DNA of 64,000 nucleotides, taken from positions 371,690,001 through 371,754,000 of the forward strand of contig OZ024740.1 in the NCBI GenBank assembly GCA_964016885.1, read 5' to 3'. The notes beneath the pieces were generated by a model. That model was not told where the DNA came from and did no database searches. It worked only from the letters and a program-made list of their open reading frames with translations. This DNA is from Eledone cirrhosa. Lineage: Eukaryota. How positions within the stretch are numbered: the first letter of the stretch is position 1; each line of letters opens with the position of its first letter. The position numbers and the translations under genes are program-made. Positions 54,948-64,000 of the stretch are shown here, one piece after another.

Positions 54948-57817
54948 GTCAGGTCACCAGTTGGTGCTACTGGTAACATGTAATCCAGTACAACCTGTCT
55001 CATGGTCGGGTCGTTGGCGACTAAACTGGCAACCCCACCAAGGTTTCTTGGTGAGGAGGGTGACTTTGGACATCCTGCAGGACTAAAAACAAAACCTGTC
55101 AAAGGGCAAAGGAGCTCTTAAGAGTCAATGGCCATCCAAAATCACCGGGAGAGATGACCTCTTAGCCTTTGTCAAGGCAGAATTCTAGGAGAAGGAAAAC
55201 TCTGATATAACACCTGCAACCCTGATGGTATCCAATGATGTTGACTTGTTCTTCTTTTTGGTAAATATCATCTTGGTTAAGAGTGTAGGACTGGCTTTGT
55301 GCAGTGCCTTTGCTCACTATAAAAGCTTCACGGCACAGGCATTGCTTTATATCTATCTGGAGATCTCTCTGCACTTGTCATCACATGGTACCATGGGCCC
55401 AGCACTATGTGTCAATAATTGTCAGAAGTGTAGTGTTTGTACCAGAGTTTTCAAGTCGCTGGCTGGACTAAAAAGTCACACTCGTTCAGCGCATCGGTAG
55501 GGGTTCTCCTACATGGATATAAAGTAGTGGCCGTACTCGAAAACGAGTTGGCAGCCACCATGTATATATGTATGTATATATATATGTATGTATGTATATA
55601 TATATATATATGTGTGTATGTATGTACATATGTATATATGTATGTATATATATATGTATGTATGTATATATGTGTGTGTGTATGTATATGTGTATATATG
55701 TATGTATATATATATATGTATGTATGTATGTTTTGTGTCAGGTCACCAGTTGGTGCTACTGGTAACATGTATCCCAGTACAACCTGTCTCATGGTCGGGT
55801 CGTTGGCGACTAAACTGGCAACCCCACCAAGGTTTCTTGGTGAGGAGGGTGACTTTGGACATCCTGCAGGACTAAAAACAAAACCTGTCAAAGGGCAAAG
55901 GAGTTCTTAAGAGTCAATGGCCATCCAAAATCACCGGGAGAGATGACCCCTTAGCCTTTGTCAAGGCAGAATTCTAGGAGAAGGAAAACTCTGATATAAC
56001 ACCTGCAACCCTGATGGTATCCAATGATGTTGACTTGTTCTTCTTTTTGGTAAATATCATCTTGGTTAAGAGAGTGGGACTGGCTTTGTGCAGTGCCTTT
56101 GCTCACTATAAAAGCTTCACGGCACAGGCATTGCTTTATATCTGGAGATCTCTCTGCACTTGTTGTCACATGGTACCATGGGCCCAGCACTATGTGTCAA
56201 TAATTGTCACAAGTGTAGTGTTTGTAACAGAGTTTTCAAGTCGCTGGCTGGACTAAAAAGTCACACTCGTTCAGCGCATCGGTAAGGGTTCTCCTACATG
56301 GATATGAAGTAGTGGCCGTACTCGAAAACGAGTTGGCAGCCACCATGTATGTATGTATATATATATATATGTATGTATGTATGTATGTATATATATATAT
56401 ATGTATGTATGTATATATATATATGTATGTATATATATATGTATGTATATATATATGTATGTGTGTATATATATATATGTATGTATGTATATATATATAT
56501 ATATGTATGTATATATATATATATATGTATGTATATATATATATATGTATGTATATATATATGTATGTATGTATATATGTATGTATGTATGTATATATAT
56601 ATATGTATGTATATATATATATGTATGCATATATGTATGTATATATATATGTATGCATATATGTATGTATATATATATGTATGTATATATGTATATATAT
56701 ATGTATGTATATATGTATATATATATGTATGTATATATGTATGTATATATGTATATATATATGTATGTATATATGTATATATATATGTATGTATATATGT
56801 ATATATATATGTATGTATATATGTATATATATGTGTATGTATATATGTATATATATATGTATGTATGTATGTATATATATATGTATGTATATGTATATGT
56901 ATGTATATATGTGTGTATGTATGTATATGTATGTATATGTCAGGTCACCAGTTGGTGCTACTGGTAACATGTATCCCAGTACAACCTGTCTCATGGTCGG
57001 GTCGTTGGCGACTAAACTGGCAACCCCACCAAGGTTTCTTGGTGAGGAGGGTGACTTTGGACATCCTGCAGGACTAAAAACAAAACCTGTCAAAGGGCAA
57101 AGGAGCTCTTAAGAGTCAATGGCCATCCAAAATCACCGGGAGAGATGACCCCTTAGCCTTTGTCAAGGCAGAATTCTAGGAGAAGGAAAACTCTGATATA
57201 ACACCTGCAACCCTGATGGTATCCAATGATGTTGACTTGTTCTTCTTTTTGGTAAATATCATCTTGGTTAAGAGAGTGGGACTGGCTTTGTGCAGTGCCT
57301 TTGCTCACTATAAAAGCTTCACGGCACAGGCATTGCTTTATATCTGGAGATCTCTGCACTTGTCGTCACAGGGTACCATGGGCCCAGCACTATGTGTCAA
57401 TAATTGTCACAAGTGTAGTGTTTGTACCAGAGTTTTCAAGTCGCTGGCTGGAATAAAAAGTCACATTCGTTCAGCGCATCGGTAGGGGTTCTCCTACATG
57501 GATATAAAGTAGTGGCCGTACTCGAAAACGAGTTGGCAGCCACCATGTATGTATATATATACGTGTGCATATATGTATGTATTTATATATGTATATATAT
57601 ATGTATGTATATATGTATATATATATGTATGTAGATATGTATGTATGTAGATATGTATGTATATAGATATGTATGTATATGGATATGTATGTATATATGT
57701 ATGTATATATGTATGTATGTATATATGTATATATATATATATGTATGTATATATATATGTATGTATATATATATGTATGTATATATATATGTATGTATAT
57801 ATGTATATATATATGTA

Positions 57818-57902
<85 letters not shown>

Positions 57903-58290
57903 ATATGTATATATATATATCTCCGGGAGAGATGACCCCTTAGCCTTCGTCAAGGCAGAATTCTAGGAGAAGGAAAACTCTGATATAACACCTGCAACCC
58001 TGATGGTATCCAATGATGTTGACTTGTTCTTCTTTTTGGTAAATATCATCTTGGTTAAGAGAGTGGGACTGGCTTTGTGCAGTGCCTTTGCTCACTATAA
58101 AAGCTTCACGGCACAGGCATTGCTTTATATCTGGAGATCGCTCTGCACTTGTTGTCACATGGTACTATGGGCCCAGCACTGTGTCAATAATTGTCACAAG
58201 TGTAGTGTTTGTACCAGAGTGCATCGGTAGGGGTTCTCCTACATGGATATAAAGTGGTGGCCGTACTCGAAAATGAGTTGGCAGCCACCA
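54948..58290 (+). mobile_element. Head-to-tail array of ~610-bp non-autonomous RTE derivatives (54948-55560, 55737-56345, 56939-57545, truncated 57923-58290) separated by (TATG/TA)n
   Basis: Near-identical units. The 3' part encodes [23 protein letters not shown] and ends in GTGGCCGTACTCGAAAACGAGTTGGCAGCCACCA. Confidence 0.92.
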
Positions 58291-58449
58291 TATATATATG
58301 TATATATATATGTGTATATATATATATATGTATATATATATATGTGTATATATATTTGTATATATATATGTGTATATATATGTATATATATGTATATATA
58401 TATATGTTTATATATATATGTATATATATATTTATATATATATATAAAT

Positions 58450-61400
58450 AGGGAGAAAAAAACGATTATTAGGAAGAAAAATATTTTTGTCCTTTATTTT
58501 TTTCTCTCTTTTACTGGGTTAGAAAATGGTTAAAACAAAATATTTTACTTTGTATGAAGTGTTAAGGTATTAGTTAATTAATTTATTAATTAACAATAGA
58601 ATTTATTTATTTATTTATTTATTTAATAATTGTCAATTACCGGTTTCAGCATTTTATGCATTATCAAAGGGGGAGTTTGTATTGGTATAAAATGTAGGAG
58701 AGAAGATAAGTGATGTTGAACATGTTAAGGAAATGGGAAAAAAAGAATAATATTATTTGCAAACAAGGTTTTTGAAGTAAAAAACAAAAAAAGGGGTGAT
58801 GTGGAACATGATAAAATAATGGGTAAGAAAGAATAATATTATTTACAGGCATAGTTCTTGAGGATAAGCAGTTCAAAAAGTGTTATTATGGCAGGAGCGC
58901 TTACAGAAGTTGATCCACGGAGGCAAATGGTTGTCTGGGGATGGATATGTTTTCCCTTTTTAGAGAGTTAATATTCAGGGGGAGGTAATTCAGGGTGGTC
59001 GGGTAGGAGAAAGAGAGGAGAGGGAGTAATTTATTTATATAAGAAAAAGGATTAGGTAGGGTTTGAGGGAGGTAACTCTTTAGAGAACGTAGGAATTTTG
59101 GGCTTTGGTTCATTGTTCGTTCCAGTTTTAGTTTAGTCTGAAGTTTAGTCAATTAAGTAGAGGTTGGAATTTGTTAATGAAGTACGTTTCCTTATTGGTA
59201 TGATGGGTGAATGAAGCGTTGTCTATGAATTTGCAAATGGGGACAATTTTAAAGTTTGGTTGTTGGTTAGGTGCACAATTGACGATATGTTCACTAAAAG
59301 CAATCTTTCTGTATTCCTGTATTTTGATTTGTAATCTGTGGCCAGTAATACGTTGTCAGAGGCTGTTTTTTGTCTGTCCTATGTAGTGCTCTCGACCACC
59401 TGAGCAGGTCAAAACGTAGATTAGGTTTTCAGATGCACATGTAAAGTTGTATTTAACTGTGAAATGTTGTCCTTGTTTAAAGTGGGATGTTGAACCTTCT
59501 ATTAGATTTATACATATACCACATTTTTTTACTGTAGGGTTCATTGTGAGGGTTGATTTGATTTTGGCTTGTGTGAGGATGCTTTTTGTGGATTTAGGTT
59601 GTATTTTGCTCTTTATGATGTTGTGTGTCAGGAGGATTTTGTTCATTCTTGGGTCTCTTTTTGGTAAAGGAATGTTCGGGAGGATGGTGTCGAATGCCTC
59701 ATTGTTGAGGGGGTTGTGTTTGGAGATTTATGGTAGAGTTTTCTGTTTAGGTTCATTCCTGGGTTTAGGGTGTCTGAGTTCCCGGATGTTGAGTTTTAGG
59801 GCACGTTAGAATCCATTGTTGATTAGGGATGGTGGGTAGTTTCTGCTGATACGTGTGTTCTTTAATTCTTCTAGTCGTGTGTAGCATGTGTATTTATCTG
59901 AAACTATTGTGCAGATCATTCTGGCTAGGTTATAAGGAACTGCCATTTTGGTATGACGAGGGTGACCCGAGTTAAACGGATGATATTGTTTGGAGTCTGT
60001 GGGTTTGTAGTATATGACTGTTTCTATTTTGTTGTTTGTTTTCTTGATGAGGATGTCAATGAAAGGGAGTTGTTCATGGCTGTATTCCATTGTAAATTAT
60101 ATGTTTGTGTTGAATCCATTTAAAAGTGTTTTAAACTCAATCAGTCTTTCTATACTTTCATGCCAGAGGATGAAGCAGTCGCACAGATATCTCTTCCAGT
60201 TTTTTTCTATGTGTAGGTAGAAGTGGTTTCTACTTTGCGGTAGAGAGTAGTTTATAAATATCCCCTGACAAGGTTGGCGTATGACGGGGCTACTTTCGTG
60301 CCCATGGCAGTCCCAGATTTCTGTCTGTAGTATTTGGCATCGAATTCGAAGAAGTTATTTTCCAAGATGAATTTGAGGCCCTCCTTCACAAATTCTTTAG
60401 GGATGTGCTGTGGAAGTTCATTAGGGAAATTTTCAAGCCAAAATTGTATTGCCTCTATATCTAGGTTGTGTGGGATATTGGAATATAGATTGGTTACATC
60501 AAATGTTACTAGTAGGGTATGTTCATTATTAAGTGTTGTTGGGAGGTGGTTGAGCATGTCAAGATCGTCCCTTATGAAGCTTTTTATGTGTTTTAGGAAA
60601 GCTTTAAGCAGAATATCTAGGAAGTTGCTTAGGCGGTGGGTTTCAAATGTGGTTCCTGCTATTATGGGTATTAATTTGAGGTCATCAGGAGGGGGGATAT
60701 TGATGTAAATGTCTGTGGCTTCCTTGCAGGCCCTGCCTATTACTTCGCTTTTGTGTGTCTTTAGGATACCGTAGAAAAGGCTGGTAGTGCTTTTGAAATT
60801 GGTGATGTAGTTGTATTCCTTGTCGGTAAGGCCTGCTTTGTAAAGGATTGTTAGGGATTTTAGATTTCTCATTATTTTTTGTTGTATGTAGTGTTGGGCT
60901 TTTTCGTAATATGTTTAGTTTTCTAGAGTTGAGAGTACTAGAGTCGTGTAGTAATCTGTCTTCATAAGGATTACTGCACTCCCTTTAGCCGCCTTTTTGA
61001 TTGTTAGAGTTTTGTCGTTCTAGAGACTGTTAAGACCATTCCATTCTCTTTTGCTTAGGTTTGGTTTTTGTGTATGTCTGTGTAGGTGGTGGTATGGATA
61101 ATTAGTAATGTGTTCGCAGAATTGATCGAGGAATTTGTTCTTGCCTTTTGGTGGGGTGTAGTTGCTTCTATATCTGGCTATTGAGTCATCCTCATTGTAT
61201 TTGTCGTATAGATGCTCGCTGGGTCTTAGTTTTCTACAGAATTCTGCAATGTCTTCCTTCATTTCGGGGTAGTTGGGTCGTTGGGGAGTTGGTGTAAATT
61301 TCAGACCTTTGAAGAGTATGTTGATTTGGTCTGTTGTTAATTCTTTAGGGGTTAAATTAACGATTTTTATTACATTTTGTGTCTCCTGTGTGCTGTGTCT

Positions 61401-61890
61401 CTAAAAAATGACTACGGATGTTGTGGTGGTTGTTGAAGTTTGGATGTCTCTTATGGTTATATTGGCCCTTGCTGTTGTTGTTAGAGGGTGTGTAGCTGTG
61501 GTGGTTGTTGAAGTTAGGTTGTATCGTGTGATTGCATTGAGCCCTGCTGTTGTTGTAGGGTGTGTGGATTTGATGGACGTTGTTATAGGGTGTGTAGGTG
61601 TGGTGGTTGTTGAAGTTCGGTTGTATCGTATGGTTGTATTGAGCCCTGGTGTTGTTGTTGTGGGGTGTGTAGACTTGGTGGTAGTTGTAGTAGGGTTGTC
61701 TTGTGTGGTTATATTGAGTCCTGCTGTTGTATGGTGTGTAGTTATGTTGATTGTAATGGTTAGGGTGTCTCGTGTGGTTGTACTGTCGCCTGCTGGTGTT
61801 GTTGTAAGATGTGGTTAGTGGAGGAGCATAGATTAGGGTTTCCTTATAGTTGGTGTGTGGTTGTGAGGTCCTATGTGGCATGTGTGGTAG
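58450..61890 (-). mobile_element. Near full-length decayed Penelope-like element (Neptune-like)
   Basis: ILFKGLKFTPTP, FYGILKTHK, LIPIIAG, TFDVTNLYSNIP, QKSGTAMGTKVAPSYANL, WKRYLCDCF, LPFIDI, YYKPTD, CGIC..FTCASENLIYVLTC..YIGQT; several frameshifts. Confidence 0.92.
61405..61815 (-). repeat. Degenerate ~72-bp tandem repeat in PLE 5' region
   Basis: Repeated NN.RAQYNHTIQPNFNNHH.YTPY in ORF 61357-61881. Confidence 0.75.
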
Positions 61891-61932
61891 TTATATATAT
61901 ATATACATAGGAAAAAGTATGACCCCGATAGA

Positions 61933-61972
61933 AGAGCTCAAGCCGTTTCGACGTCGAAACGGCTTGAGCTCT
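61933..61972. repeat. Perfect 40-bp palindrome
   Basis: AGAGCTCAAGCCGTTTCGAC|GTCGAAACGGCTTGAGCTCT. Confidence 0.95.
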
Positions 61973-62774
61973 GCCACACAATAATCAAAGTTATGTACAA
62001 ATCATTTTATTGCTGACAATCGTTTCTTCCAAACTTTCGTTGTAGTCATCGGAACACTTGCAATGTTTGTACATATAGTTAATCTCCTATTCAATTGAAC
62101 AATCATGTAGATACATGGATATTAATGCTGTCAACAACAGTTTCGTATTTACAGAGTGGAATGGATACGACATATATTACAAGAGAATTGTACAATAATT
62201 AAAATCAAAAAGCACAGAGTGGAATGCATGCGATAGATATCACAAGGGAATAGTATAATAATTAAAGAGGCATTAAGGAGAAAAGTTACTCGTAAAACAA
62301 GGACACCAGCAGTACATATGCAAGCGTGTAGAGAGTGCAAATGCGTTAGGCATATATAGGCAGGAGACAAGCAATGGTACTAGGCATATATAATTACTGT
62401 ATGGCAAAAGTATCACATAAAATAACATAGGTTTACAAGCATATCAATCAAGCAAAGGTCTTTGTGTATTAAAATTACGAGTTTATGGTGGATGTAATGC
62501 GATGATTGTTTCTGTAATGTTCAAATGTGTATGTGTTCAGTGTATCAATGTTATTGCTGTCTTTTCCATTACATTGGTTACATTTTATTTTAGTGAATGT
62601 TTTTAGTTAGTTACAGCTATGGATTGTATATTGGTCCTATTGTTTCGAGTTGTTCTATAGCGATTCTTCTAACGGTTTAATTTCCGGAAGTGAGTTTGAG
62701 ATCTATATTAAGGAGAGCTAATGCGAAAGGGGAGGTAACTAGCGATTAAATTGTGTATGAAAGTAAAATGATGG

Positions 62775-63310
62775 AAAAAATGTATAGTTGTTTACAGTTT
62801 CAATTAGTTAAATTCTTTGTGCTAATATACATTATATTGTGTTACAAGTAAATACCTTTTATATAACGTTATTTATTTATATTTAATTTTAAATACAGTC
62901 TATTTTCCTATAATACATTAAAGGTCTCATTATATTGTTATCTATCTATTACTGAATAAAATATAAGTAAGCTATAGAAAAAATGTATAGTTGTTTACAG
63001 GTTCAATTAGTTAAATCTCTTGTGTTATTAATATACATTACATTATGTTATAAGTGAATCCCTTATATATAATTATTTCTACTTTTGGCACAAGGCTAGC
63101 AATTACCCAGTGCATTACTGGTACTTTATTTTATCGACCCCGTAAGGATGAAAGGTAAAGTTAACCTCGGCGGGATTTGAACTCAGAATGGTAAGGGCCG
63201 TAACTCCATGTTTAATTATAAATATAATTTATTTTCCTATAATAGATTAAATGTCTCATCATATTATTATCTATCCATTACTGAGTATAATATAAGTAAG
63301 TTATAGTAGT
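62775..63310. repeat. ~200-bp tandem duplication, second copy interrupted by a SINE (63075-63210, -)
   Basis: GAAAAAATGTATAGTTGTTTACAG occurs twice and TATTTTCCTATAATA..AATATAAGTAAG occurs twice. SINE core TTTATCGACCCCGTAAGGATGAAAGG. Confidence 0.7.
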
Positions 63311-63522
63311 TATATTATATGGTGGTAACTTTAGGTTTATTTCTAATAGTTATTGAAGAGTATAAGGTTTGAGATAAATAGGAGTTAGGTAGAGGAATGA
63401 GCTGATCATAGAGTGTGATGCTATGGGGGTAATTATATGCTGATAAGACCTAGAGGTGAAGTGTTAATGGTGGTGACGAATTCAGATCTGGCATTGTTAT
63501 ATACTAGCAGCTAGGTTTAAAG

Positions 63523-64000
63523 TTATGGAAAGAGTGTCGGTGGTAGTGCTGGCACATGGAAAAAACCTGATTTTCTATTTAGGAGGTCTAGTTTCGAATA
63601 GATTATAGTGCGGGTCTCTAGAAGACAGAGGTTACACAATTTATTCAGTAGTTTATACGATGCGGCCCTATCTATTACTTCCCATTGAAGTGTATATGGT
63701 CTATTCCTAGTTTTCAGAGAGTGAATGTAGCCAGATAAAGGTGTGGAGTTGGCTAGATTGCGATTTTTGAAAGTGTGGAGATGCAAGTTATACGTCGCCT
63801 TGAAGCAGTTCGAAGTTGAACCGATATATGTTTTAGAAGAGTTGTTTGTGTTGACCTGTGCATGAGTAAATGATGTCTTTGATTAAAAAATTTCTACCTA
63901 AGGGGCAAGTTATATTTGTTCTACAGTTACAGTTATTCTGGTTGTTTGCTAGCTGGTTACTATCTTGTGTAGATGCCTGGTTGTTAGCGTTAGCATTAGT
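63523..64000 (-). mobile_element. PLE GIY-YIG 3' end (continues beyond window)
   Basis: CNCRTNITCPL, YIGSTSNCFKATY, LSGYIHSLK..WEVIDRAASY..CNLCLLE. Confidence 0.85.

Noticed and set aside
54948-55035. HDV-like or twister ribozyme at the 5' end of the RTE derivative
   Set aside because: Hairpins exist (TACTGG/CCAGTA, GTCG/CGAC, CCAGTT/AACTGG), but I could not build a valid P1/P1.1 double pseudoknot by eye. A descriptor search is needed.
54948-58290. CRISPR-like repeat-spacer layout
   Set aside because: Repeats are ~610 bp, spacers are microsatellite, no cas genes are present, and the context is eukaryotic.

Overview
AT-rich, microsatellite-dense eukaryotic DNA whose SINE types resemble those of cephalopods (octopus-like; inferred). 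I found no intact host gene. The window is mostly mobile DNA: a frameshifted RTE LINE ending in three C2H2 fingers, plus ~610-bp non-autonomous derivatives of it in tandem; at least five Penelope-like elements (PLEs; RT + GIY-YIG), two with large inverted 5' duplications; Gypsy and mariner relics; a MITE; a probable solo LTR; and many tRNA-derived SINEs. The most notable signal is a dense set of type I hammerhead ribozymes (HHRs) read by eye from the sequence. Some lie in PLE tails. Others lie in non-coding tandem arrays with ~590, ~320 and ~720 bp units that look like retrozyme-type non-autonomous elements. Two unrelated arrays carry the compensatory U3-A8 core (UUGAUAA rather than CUGANGA). 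Most ORF-track entries are microsatellite artefacts. Coordinates of degenerate elements are approximate.
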